In this document: positions 50,879 to 61,876 of the stretch, piece after piece
Layout of the letters: each line of letters starts with the position of its first letter
Numbering within the stretch: the first letter of the stretch is position 1
NCBI GenBank assembly: GCA_951406725.2
Contig: OX597821.1
Location: forward strand, 99,138,001 to 99,202,000
Direction: 5' to 3'
DNA length: 64,000 nucleotides
Source of the DNA: Octopus vulgaris
Taxonomy: Eukaryota
Made by a program: the position numbers and the translations under genes
Notes under the pieces: generated by a model
Databases searched by the model: none
What the model was told of the DNA's origin: nothing
What the model saw: the letters and a program-made list of their open reading frames with translations, nothing else

Positions 50879-51826
50879 TTACTCATCTGTATTAATACAT
50901 ACATGTGTAGTTAAATGGCTTTTTTGAGAGAATGGTTTGCCACAGATATCACAGTGATATGGTTTCTCTCCTGTATGAATACGTTTGTGTATAGTTAAGT
51001 GATCATTTTGAGAAAAGGTTTTACCACAAATATCACACTGATACGGTTTCTCGCCCGTATGAATCCTCTTGTGAGTAGTTAAAGTATTTCCATGAGAAAA
51101 CGATTTGCCACAGATATGACAGTGATATGGTTTCTCTCCTGTATGAATACGTTTGTGTATAGATAAGTGATCGTTTTGGGAGAAAGATTTACCACAGACA
51201 TAACAGTGGTATGGCTTCTCCCCTGTGTGAATGCGTTTGTGAGTAGTTAAGTTACATTTTGCAGAGAATGATTTACCACAGACACCACAGTGATATGGTT
51301 TTTCTCCTGTATGAATGCGTTTGTGAGGAGCTAAGTTACCGGAGTCAGAGAATGATTTACCACAGATATCACATTGATATGGTTTCTCTCCTGTATGAAT
51401 ACGTGTGTGAGTAGTTAAGTCACTATTACCAGAGAATGATTTACCACAGATATCACAGTGAAATGGCTTCTCTCCTGTATGAATATGTTTGTGATTAGTT
51501 AACTCATTATTTTGAGAAAATGATTTTCTACAGATATCACAACAATATGGTTTTTCTCCTGTATGAGTACGTCTGTGCTTAGTTAGATGATCATTTTGAG
51601 AGAATGATTTACCACAGGTATCACAGTGATATGGCCTCTCGCCTGTGTGAATACTTCTGTGTTTTGTTAAGTTGCTACTTGCAGAGAAAGATTTACCACA
51701 GATATCACAGTGATATGGCTTCTCTCCTGTATGAATACGTTTGTGAGTGGTCAGGTTACCTTTCTGAGAGAATGACTTTTCACAGATATCACAGTGGTAT
51801 TGTGTTTTACCTATTTCATTTGACAT
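50879..51826 (-). CDS. Tandem C2H2 zinc-finger protein, 315 aa, 10 intact fingers plus 1 degenerate, no effector domain visible
   Basis: Repeated [16 protein letters not shown] with TGEKP linkers. CDS lies in a single exon; splice acceptor ttgtttatttcag at 52077-52076. Confidence 0.93.
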   Translation of the reverse strand: MSNEIGKTQYHCDICEKSFSQKGNLTTHKRIHTGEKPYHCDICGKSFSASSNLTKHRSIHTGERPYHCDTCGKSFSQNDHLTKHRRTHTGEKPYCCDICRKSFSQNNELTNHKHIHTGEKPFHCDICGKSFSGNSDLTTHTRIHTGEKPYQCDICGKSFSDSGNLAPHKRIHTGEKPYHCGVCGKSFSAKCNLTTHKRIHTGEKPYHCYVCGKSFSQNDHLSIHKRIHTGEKPYHCHICGKSFSHGNTLTTHKRIHTGEKPYQCDICGKTFSQNDHLTIHKRIHTGEKPYHCDICGKPFSQKSHLTTHVCINTDE

Positions 51827-52699
51827 CTTTTTGGGAAAGAAATATGTCGACCCTTGAAATTTTTCACAGTATTCATTTTCCCATAATTTTTCTTTTCTCG
51901 CTTCAATATATAGATATTTCTATTTTTTGCTTTTATATTTATTCCAAATAAATATTTCTAGATATATTTCCATCAACTTTTATCAGTGTCAATATCTCAA
52001 GTTGTTGCAATTTTTGTAGTAAATCTGATCATGTTGAAGTTAAATTATACTTTTAATCGAATGCCATCTCATATTCTGAAATAAACAAGAAACATCATAA
52101 GATTAGAAGATATTTAAAAAGTAGAAATTCAACAGTGAGCATTTGACTACATTTTTATATTGATAAATTGTAGATATAAACATTTACCTTAACAACTGAA
52201 CTTCACTTTTCCAGTCTTATTACAGAGAAATATAGCTGAATCTAACGATAAGTATAGAACTGAAGGATAACATTTACAAATGGTCTTCCTTACATCTCAA
52301 CATGATGAATAAATCACTAGCTGTCAATATTGACTACTACACGTATGATATCAACAAGAAAATAATCACATAGAAACAAAATACACAGAAAAGAAGGCTA
52401 TAAATTAACTCAAAGGAGTGAGTCATAGCGATGAAAACAGATACACTGTTCCACAAGTTCATCAATGGGTTATATATATATATAGAAATGCCTCAGTGAA
52501 TGTGTGTTGCATCAGTACAATGTGGGGATGAAAGTATACTGTTTATAGGAACTAATAGAATTGGTTTATTCATTTTTATATTCCATCACCTTAACATGAC
52601 ATGCCTATAGAGATTCTATAAAGAGATAAATCTTTTCTGTTGCTGTCACAGTTTTTATGGGATATAGTCTAGTCACCTGTATAGTTAATCAGGTTGTCC

Positions 52700-53190
52700 G
52701 CAAGTGAGTCATACCCAATGACTGGTGTGGAAGCAGTACAGTCAACTGTTATGAAGGTAAAAGGGATGCCTTAGACAGAAATGATTACAGTGGTATCATT
52801 GTTGGACCAGGTGATGAAAGTTGGAGAGGGTCATAGATCAACTAATAAGAAAGAGCTAGTCTAGATGTGATGCAGTCTGGTTTTGTGCCAGATGTTATAT
52901 TCCTGGTAAGGTAGCTGCAGAAGTACTTAGCCAAAAATAAACCTCTGTACTTAGGTCTTGTTGACAGAAAATAAACTTCATTAAATGCCTGGGGAGATAC
53001 TTAGGAGTAGCAGAGCACTTCCGTTACCTAGGTGACCGAGTCAGCAGTAGAGGTAGATGCTCTGAAAGCATAACTGTTAGAATAAGAATAAGTTGTGTAA
53101 TGTTCAGAGAGCTTCTACCTTTGTTGGTAACAAAGGGCCTCACCGTCAAAGTGAAAGGTAGATTGTATGATGCCTGTGTGCAAACAATAG
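52700..53190 (+). mobile_element. RTE RT fragments
   Basis: YSGI.LLDQVMK, LDVMQSGFVP, YLAKNKPLYL..VD, KGRLYDACV. Confidence 0.6.
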
Positions 53191-53194
53191 ACAA

Positions 53195-54675
53195 ACTCTC
53201 TGACCCATACTAAATGATGATGAATTTTATTGCTGTTGTTTTCAAATTTGGTGTGCTGATGTAGTTCTGAATGCTGATTACAGAAATGAAACTCATTTTT
53301 GTTAATAGTTTTTAAAGTTTTGGGTAATTTTAGCCAACTGAGAGCCACAGACATATTAGGTATAGTCTGCTCAAACTATTACAACCATCTGTATTCTTTT
53401 CCACTCTAGGCACAAGGCCCAAAATTTTCGGGGAGGAGCACCAGTCGATTACATCGACCCCAGTATGAAACTAATACTTAATTTATTGACCCCTGAAAGG
53501 ATGAAAGGCAAAGTCAACCTCACTGGAATTTGAACACAGAACGTAAAGATAGATGAAATACCGCTAAGCATTTCACCCGGCATGCTAACGTTTCTGCCAG
53601 CTGGCCCCTTTTACAACCATGTGTATTTTCTGAGCCACTGCACAGCTGTTGATTACAACAGCTATGTTCATGAAATATGGGCGTAGGACTTGCTCTGCAA
53701 CCCAGTTCAAATAAGTGGTCCTGGGAAGATTGTTGAGTTAGACAAAACAGTCTTCTCAAGATGTAAATATGTGGAAAGGTGTTACCTGAACAATGAGTTT
53801 CTGGAGGAGTGTGCTGCAAAGCCAGACAATTTTTTTCTTTATGCAATGCCATGTTGAATTCACAACACACTAGAGGAATGCATACGTCAGGCAATTCTTC
53901 CAGGTATCACAATTTTCAGTGACTTGTGGAGAGCCTACTCTCATTTTCCTGAAATTGATGGTTATAATTTTCGGCATAGAACAGTGAACCAAATGCTGAA
54001 TTTATTTACTCCAAAGATGGTACCCACATGCAACAAGTGGAAAGCACATAGGCCATTGTAAAAGGAGCAAATAAATGCTGTGGAACCCCCCTTTCTATGG
54101 TCAACTCGTATCTCTGTGAGTTTATGTGACGCATGAGAAACTGTAATTTGTTTGAGAAACTCCTAGAGTGCATTTCAAACTTTTGTTTTCGTTTTTTTTT
54201 TTGCTACAAAAAATGTATTTATTTCTTTACTAAAAATAACAAAAAAATGTATTGTTTACATGAACTGAACAACAGTAATATAATGTAGTTTGTTTTTTTG
54301 TAATTTTTCGCTAAATAAAATTTCATTGAGGATTTTTCCTTTTTATATTGCCTGTTCCAAAAATTCGCATGACTATTCCTTTAAACGTATTAAACCTGCA
54401 AAACTTCATACGACATTCATGGAGGTAATATATTACTTTCATTAAGGTAGCAAACTGGGCAAAATGCTTAGCGGCATTTCATCCATTTTCACGTTCTGAG
54501 TTCAAATTCCACCAAGGTCGACTTAGTTTTTTATCCTTTTGGGATCAATAAAATTTTTCTAAATTTTTTTTTTCCGGAACAAATGAATAACATCAGATTC
54601 AGCATGAAAAATTACATCAATACATCAAATTTTCACTTAATTTCAAAATTTCAAAAAGTGTGACAGAAAAGATCC
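53195..54675 (+). mobile_element. Decayed Merlin (IS1595/ISXO2-like) DNA transposon with SINE insertions
   Basis: GPGKIVELD...FS..KY..G.....V.GG, ILPG.TIFSDLWRAY, HRTVN, DGTH.Q.VE, SYLCEFM; right end GAAAAGATCC. Confidence 0.75.
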
Positions 54676-55514
54676 AGGAGTTCTGTTGTTTTTTTATCGT
54701 CAGATGAGAACTGTGGGTTTGGTATAAAAAAAAAAAAAGAATAGTCTGGTGGGCTCAATAACAGCTGTATTGGTTGCACATATGGTCGTGTATCCGGGAA
54801 TGATGATGATTGGAATAACAATGCTGAACTCTCTTATATTACCTGGCTGAACAGGTATATAATGGCTAGTCTGCTATGTCTGTATCAACATTTAATGGCA
54901 ACGCTTTTTAATACAGCATTCCATCTAAATCACTTATTGTTCTGAAAGATGATGATATTGTCACATCTGTTGATACCGGCAAGGCTAAGACATGATACAG
55001 GGCCAAGCATATGCGCTGTTGCGAGCCTCGCCTGGCCTCTGTGCCGGTGGCACGTAAAAAAGCACCAACTGATCGTGGCCGATGCCAGCCTCCTCTAGCC
55101 CCTGTGCTGGTGGCACGTAAAAAGCACCCACTACACTCACGGAGTGGTTGGCGTTAGGAAGGGCATCCAGCTGTAGAAACATTGCCAGATCTGACCGGGC
55201 CTGGTGCAGCCTTCGGGCTTCCCAGATCCCCGGTCGAACCGTCCAACCCATGCTAGCATGGAAAGCGGACGTTAAACGATGATGATGATGATGTTTGACT
55301 TTCTAACATGAATAAAAAAAAAATGGGGCATTCACCACATTGTTATTAAGCTAATAACATACTACCTTCTCTGAAGTCTACAGATTTAGGCTGCAGCTAC
55401 ACCATCATATTGTGTAGGATTAGCTGTTACGGCACTGTAATGGTATTAGCTCCTGACAGATAATTCCGTGGTAGTACCGCTGTTACAGTACATCATAGTG
55501 GATGATAACAATCT

Positions 55515-55779
55515 TGTTTGTAAGCCATTTAAGAAACACACAAAAGCCGTTCGATTCACTTCAACATTTAAGTTTAATTTGTCAAAATATTTTTGTCAGT
55601 GAACAGGTCGCGGATTTTAGCGACGAAAATATTTTGACAAATTAAACTTAAATGTTGAAGTGAATCGAACGGCTTTTGTGTGTTTCTTAAATGGCTTACA
55701 AACACCTTCCACGCTGCAATTGTTTTCGTTCCAGCACACGATCTCAGATCAAATCACTTGCTATGCAAGTACATCTCCG
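55515..55779 (+). mobile_element. Short Penelope-like insertion: inverted pseudo-LTR pair plus tail
   Basis: Perfect 79-bp inverted arms (55515-55593 / 55626-55704), 75-nt tail, flanking direct repeat TAACAATCTTGTT (55506-55518 / 55780-55792), central hammerhead motif. Confidence 0.6.
55592..55641 (+). ncRNA. Minimal type I hammerhead ribozyme motif (Penelope-type) with G3-C8 core swap
   Basis: UUUGUCA | GUGAACA | G | GUCGC-ggauuuua-GCGAC | GAA | AAUAUU (palindromic helix III) | U17 | UGACAAA. Confidence 0.65.
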
Positions 55780-56104
55780 TAACAATCTTGTTGCTCTCTA
55801 GAAGCATTATTCATAGCCGTATCACTAAATTAAAGATCAAACATTATTTTCATAGATTCTACAATAAAAAGAAGCGTTATGATGATGAACAAAGAGAAAC
55901 AGCATTAATAGCAAAAATAATTCGTATAAATTTACTTCAGTTAATAACGACAGCTGAAATGATACAAAATGTGTTGGTCCCCCTGTTACTTTAATTAATG
56001 TTTAAGAAATGTTGTAGTTTCTTTACAGATATTGTAGGTAGATGTAAAGATAATATGGGAGACAGAAAGATAAAGAAGTGTATTCTGTGTAAAAGTGATA
56101 AATA

Positions 56105-56400
56105 CTTACTGTAGTTTTTATTGTTCAATAATAATAAAAAATATGACGAAATTAAATATTTCCAGAATAAAAACGGAAGTCGGATTATTGGAGATATACA
56201 ATCAGGGGATGTAACTCTCGCTTTTTTTTTTTTTTGAGATTTATTAAGAGAGGAGTGTGTGTGTGTGTTACAGAGCTAATACAAAAATTATTTCCTGAAT
56301 TAACATGACCTAGGTTCCTGGATAATATCTGGAATGGTGAAAATGCCACGTTTAATTATTGGGCGGATTTTTAGACCAGGAAGTCCTCATAAGTTGGATT
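56105..56400 (-). promoter_or_regulatory. Candidate non-coding first exon and promoter of the ZNF gene at 50879-51826
   Basis: Minus-strand donor CA|GTAAGT at 56109, ETS-type CGGAAGT at 56174-56180, GGGCGG at about 56361 and CAGGAAGT at about 56378. Motif-based inference only. Confidence 0.4.
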
Positions 56401-56548
56401 TTCTCCGTTTTGATTGGAAATTTTCCAATTTTTTTTTTTTTTTACCATGGAGTCATCACACACCCTCTCACCAACCCTCTCTAGACCGATTTTGGCCAAT
56501 TTTATTTTTGCACTACGCACTTAAAAACTACGGAAGAAATCTTTCTAG

Positions 56549-57328
56549 GGATCTTTTCCTTTTGAACGGCAGTTTTCAACACAATTTCTAGTTAACTAAA
56601 CACTTTTAAATTTCGTATACTGGTAGAATGTGTCAAAATAAAACATTTTTTTTCTCTTGGCTTTCTTGAGAAAATTGTAGTTTGTAAGTTTAACGTAGTT
56701 TAATTTTTCGAATTTTAACCAATCCTATGGCCTCTATTGAGCTAAAATCATTTGCTGCGTCTAAAACTGAGACAACATCAAGTCACTAACCCTAACTCTA
56801 ACCCTCACTCTAACCTTAACCCTAACCCTAAATTTTAGCCATTCGTTTTTTTTTTCTTAATTGTTAAATTAATTTAATTGTTACGCGTGTATCTAAAATT
56901 ATTCGTTTTGTTTTTGTTTTGAGTTTTTGCTTTCGTTTTTTTTTTTCTTAATTGTTAAATTAAAATTATTTTCCATTGCTTTCGTTTTAGCCTTTCGTCT
57001 TTTTTTTCTTAATTGTTATCCTTAAATTAATTTAACAATTAAAAAAAAAAAACGAAAGGCTAAAATTTAGGGTTAGGGTTAAGGTTAGGGTTAGTGACAG
57101 GATGTTGTCTGTTTTAGACGCAGCAAATGATTTTAGCTCAATAGAGGCCATAGGATTGGTTAAAATTCGAAAAATTAAACTACGTTAAACTTACAAATTA
57201 CAATTTTCTCAAGAAAGCCAAGAGAAAAAAATGTTTTATTTTGACACATTCTACCAGTATATGAAGTTTAAAAGTGTTTAATTAACTAGAAATTGTGTTG
57301 AAAACTGCCGTTCAAAAGGAAAAGATCC
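56549..57328. mobile_element. 780-bp foldback element with ~300-bp TIRs containing telomeric repeats, perfect 8-bp TSD
   Basis: TSD CTTTCTAG at 56541-56548 and 57329-57336; termini GGATCTTTTCCTTTTGAACGGCAG; CCCTAA-like tract at 56786-56831 and TTAGGG-like tract at 57067-57094. Confidence 0.92.
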
Positions 57329-57857
57329 CTTTCTAGTTAAAAAAATTGAAAATATTTTCAGATGAAAAGGTGTGTGATTTAAGGGTGATTTGGCTGGTGT
57401 TTCTAGCACATCCCACAACTACTTAACTCGTTTCACACATGTATCGATGTTTTTCAATATTTTTCTCCCCATAAACACATTCCTTTGGAATGTGAGGCCG
57501 TGTGTCTGTGTGTGTGTAAGAAAATAAAAGGGTGGACCTGGCGCACTGCCACCCCTCCCCCAATCCAACCTTTCCGATTTTTTTTTCATCAAATTCTTAT
57601 TTTCGATGACAAAGATTCCAAATATACAAAAAACACAAATTTTTATTTTCACCCCCGCCAATTTTTAACTTTTTAACTTTTTTTCGAAATTTTCTTTTTC
57701 AATCCACGTGGAAAAATACGAAGATTACGAGTAAAGTCTTCCTTCCCCGCACCATTTTCTCCCAAATTTGTTTATTTTTGTAATTTCTGGAAAATTGCCA
57801 AAAGTTGGCATTGTGAAATTTTTTCCCCAAACTTCTATTTTGACATTTTTCCCCAAC

Positions 57858-57926
57858 ACTAACCCTAAAACCCTAACTCTAAAACCCTTATCCTAACCCT
57901 AACCCTAAAACCCTAACCGTAACTGT
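57858..57926. repeat. Degenerate interstitial telomere-like (CCCTAA/CCCTAAAA)n tract
   Basis: CTAACCCTAAAACCCTAACTCTAAAACCCTTATCCTAACCCTAACCCTAAAACCCTAACC. Confidence 0.7.
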
Positions 57927-58244
57927 AAGTTCAGAAATGTCTTGAAATTTTTGTCCGAATAATGATGTCCGTATTTTTCCGCATATTTAGCAAGAAAAAA
58001 ATTCTTAAAAAAAATTTTACAAAGATTTTTGGAAATTTTTTCAGAATCATAATCTCTATTTTTCCACATAATTTTTTTTTTTTAATTGTGAAAAAAGTTA
58101 AAAGTGAAGGAAATGGGGTGAGGGTGTGGTAATTTAGAAATGTCGACTTTTGCCAATTTTTTTTTTTGCAGATTCATATTCTCCGTAGGCGAAAGGTGGG
58201 GTTTGTGTTGTAAAAATTAATTTTTTTTAAAGGGTGGTGGTGGT

Positions 58245-58500
58245 GGGTGGGGCGGAAGTCTTGCCAATTACGAACATGGGGAAAAAATTTAATTTGAAAT
58301 TTTCTATGAAAAACTCCAAAATTGATCCACACCCACCTTGCAATCTCGTCCCACTGTTTTGTCCGTTTGCGCATGCGTAGATTTATAGTACAACAGCAGA
58401 AGGATCACGGCATGTGAAGCTCTCACCACGAAACTTGGTATGCTAAAAATAACAGCTAAACGTCTGGAGAATTTTTGTGTTTGTGTTTGCGCAAGCGCAA
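58245..58500. promoter_or_regulatory. Cluster of housekeeping promoter-like motifs
   Basis: GGGCGGAAGT at about 58250, TGCGCATGCG (NRF1-type) at 58368-58377, TGCGCAAGCGCA at 58488-58499. Confidence 0.3.
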
Positions 58501-58783
58501 CAATTTCTACAGCTTATCTGAATGAACAGAGAAAGTACACAGAAACATTACACTTTTACTTGTTTCAGTTATTTTCACTGTGGCCATGCTGGAACACTGT
58601 CTTTTAGTCGAAGAAATCAATCCCTGGACTTATATTTTGTAAGCCTTGTACTTATTCTAGCGGTCTCTTTTGTTGGATTGCTAAGTTATGGGGACGTAAA
58701 CACACCAACATCGGTTGTCAAGCGATGGTGGAGGGACAAACACACAAATATATACATATACAGGCGCAGGACTGGTTGTGTGG

Positions 58784-61430
58784 TAATAATAATAATAATA
58801 ATGAAATTATTGTATACAGTGCTCAGGTGCACCACAATTTGTCAGAAAGTGCGTATAAAGTATATGCAGTAATGTACAAATGTCTGGAAAGCGAACAATG
58901 TATGAGTCAGATACATGCTTGCGTGTGTATGGAGGGGAGAAAATCAGGTGTAGTGTTGGCGAATCTCAGAAAGCATGGAAGTTTTGAAGGATGCAGTGCT
59001 CCGACAACTAACAACTGATGCCGGCAGTTTGTTCCATGCTTCAGCAACTCTCAGCGTGAAAAAATGTTTCCTAAAGTCATGGGAGCTGTGCTGTTTTCTG
59101 ACTTTGTACATATGTCCACAGGTGTTAGACAGGTGGAGTTTGAAAAGGTGCTCAGAGTTATTGTTTGTAAGATGGTTAATAATTTTATGGGTGTCTGCCA
59201 AGTCAGCTGCCAGACGTCAGAGTTTCAATGTGTCCATGCCCAGGGAAGTAAGGCGTTCAGAATATGGCAAATGCCTGATGGAGGGTATTCTTTTGGTTGC
59301 ACGTCACTGAACGGCTTCCAGACGATTAATATCCTGGGCAAGATAGGGGTTCCAGACCGGTGATGCAAATTCCAGGTGAGGTCTTACCATAGCTATATAA
59401 AGCCGCAGATAGATAGCCGGAGAGCGGCTCACAAAGGACTTGGTGAGTGATGCCAAGACACCCTCAGCCTTCTTGGCAATTTTAGCGATGTGCTTTGTCC
59501 AATACAAATCGCTGTCGACAATAAAACCCAGGGCATGTTCACATGAAGACTTTTTGAGATTAGTGTTGTGGAGGGAGTAAGTGGACGCTGGGTTTCTCCT
59601 CCCAAAATGCATGGTGGTACATTTGTCCACAGCCAGCTTGAGTTGCCAGTCCATGATCCACTGCTGCATTGTGTCCAGGTCTGCTTGCAATAGAGATCTA
59701 TAGTGTACAGGATCTGACCTCTTTATTTCAAGGTACAGCTTGATGTCATCTGCATATTTCAGCACTGTGGCATTCTTTAAGTTGGCATCTATGTCATTAA
59801 CATATGCAACAAATAAAAGGGGGCCAAGAACAGATCCCTGTGGTACACCAGATGTCATCTCATAGGGCAAAGAGTGCAGTCCTAGAACTGTGACAACCTC
59901 TTTTCGGCCGAAAATAAAGGACTTCAACCAGTTATGGAGTTCATCTCTTATGCCCAACGCAGAGAGTTTCACCATAAGTCTTTTGTGTGGCACAGAGTTA
60001 AAAGCCTTAGGAAAGTCCAGGTAAACAACATCCACCCAGGATCCGCGATCAGTGATTTGGGTAACGGTCCTCAAGAAACTCGATGAGTTGATTACAGCAG
60101 CTGGAGTTAAGAATAAATCCAAATTGTGACGGCTGGATGAGGCTGTGAGACTTCCAGAAGTTCCAGAGGGTTTTCCTGACACAGGATTCTATCAGTTTGG
60201 CAATGCAGCTAGTAAGACTAACAGGGCGATAGTTGACAGGCGATGTGTGGTCACCTTTTTTGAACAGAGGGATAACACTGGCAGTTTTCCACTGCTCTGG
60301 AGTAACACCATTGTCAAGACAGAATTGGAAGAATAGAGAAAGTTGGCTTAGAAGTACCCACCACATTTGAGAAGTAGGTATGTAACACCATCGAGACCAG
60401 GAAAGGCATAGTTACATTTATTCTTAAGGTGGCGTTGTAGCATTGCTGGTGTAAATTTCATAGTAGTTATAGAGTCGGTATCAGAGGTGATGGAGATGGA
60501 ACATTTTGATCTTCGACAGTAAAGATGCCTGCATAGTATCCAGCAATGATTTCTGCACATTCTTTGGGATTGCCAGTAATCTGTCCTGTGTGGGGATTGC
60601 AAAGGGGACCAACTGGAGAGCGAGGTCTCTGCTTTGAATGTACATACTTCCAGAACACTTTGCTATCAGGGTTGGTTGCTATGCGCTGTTCGAATTCAAG
60701 CACTGCCTTTTTTATCACCTGCTTGAGATGGTTGGCTGATCTATTGCGCTTTTTCCTGTTGATCTCTGATTTGTGCAATTTGTATTCCTGTTCAGCATTA
60801 TGGCGTTCTTTTCTGGCAAGTCGGACTGTCGCAGTCTCCCAAATTGCACTATTGGGTGTTTTTTTTTGTGCTTGCGTGGTACTGATGCTGCACATGCTGC
60901 CCATATTGAATTCAGAATGTTCTGAAGTATAGTGTTCACATCTTCAGAGGCATAAAATTCGAGCCAGTTTGGGCGTCACAGCTAGGTACAATAAGAGTCC
61001 CAGTCTGCTTTATTCCAGTCAAAGCGGGCAGTTTGAAGATGGTTGTGGTTTTTGTTACACCGATACTCCGATGACAATTACCTCATGAGTGGTTGATTCA
61101 GGGACTTCCTCGATGCGTCGAGGTTACATAAGAGCTATGGGTAAATTGCTGAGCAAGGCACTCCGATACGGCCCCTCATTGTGAGATTTTGCATATACGC
61201 TTGTTTTGATACCTGCATTCAACCCATCTATTTCGGAAGGAATTTTCGAGTTTTGTGCATAGATGACAGATGTGATTTGCCGGGCAACGCTCCATTTTAG
61301 GACAGCGACCAGTTTTGTCGCACAGCTCATCCACGGATGATACCGTGGCAGTTTTGTTCTGTCTGCCCATCCGTACCATAGTACAAAGGTAAACAAAGAA
61401 AAAAAAAATGACGTGAAGATATAGCACACC
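58784..61430 (-). mobile_element. CR1-group LINE: ORF2 RT, a probable PHD-finger ORF1 start, large internal deletion, (ATT)n tail
   Basis: NYRPVSLTS, QFGF, YLDF.KAF.SVPH, SGVPQGSVLGP, KYADD, RPHLEFAS.VW, AWNKLP; CHLC..WVEC..KTSV.AK at about 61130-61380. Confidence 0.88.
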
Positions 61431-61434
61431 TATT

Positions 61435-61876
61435 AGGGAGATAAATAAGATGTTTTATTTTTTGTCATTGTTGTTAACTGTTTCCGCTTTCCTCATTGTA
61501 TGCGTGTATACAACAAGATACAATTATATGTGCAATCAAGAGATGTAAGGAGTCAATTGTTGGAGTGTCTATAATGTGCGCACATGTTAGGGAGATATAT
61601 AAGATCTTTTTTTTTGTTAACTGTTCCCACTTTCCTCATAGTATGTGTGAATAAAAAAAAATAATAATTATATGTACAATCAAGAGATGTAAGGAGTCAA
61701 TGGTTGGTGTGTTTATAATGTGCGCACTTGTTAAGGAGATAAATAAATAAGATCTTTTTTTTGTTGTTAACTGCTCCTGCTTTCCTCATTGTATGTGTGA
61801 ATGAAAAAAAAAACAATTATATGTACAATCAAGAGATGTAAGGAGTCAATGGTTGGTGTGTTTATAATGTGCACAC
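61435..61876. repeat. Tandem repeat, 3 units of ~144-154 bp, adjoining the CR1 5' end
   Basis: Units start at about 61435, 61589 and 61733 and share CAATCAAGAGATGTAAGGAGTCAAT. Confidence 0.9.

Noticed and set aside
51604-51951. 115-aa plus-strand ORF with repeats
   Set aside because: Antisense shadow of the zinc-finger array.
56786-57094. Head-to-head telomeric repeats suggesting a chromosome fusion site
   Set aside because: The tracts are short, point CCCTAA...TTAGGG, and lie inside the TIRs of a TSD-flanked transposon.
61435-61876. Regularly spaced repeats checked as a possible CRISPR array
   Set aside because: Whole units repeat with no unique spacers; eukaryotic context and no cas genes.
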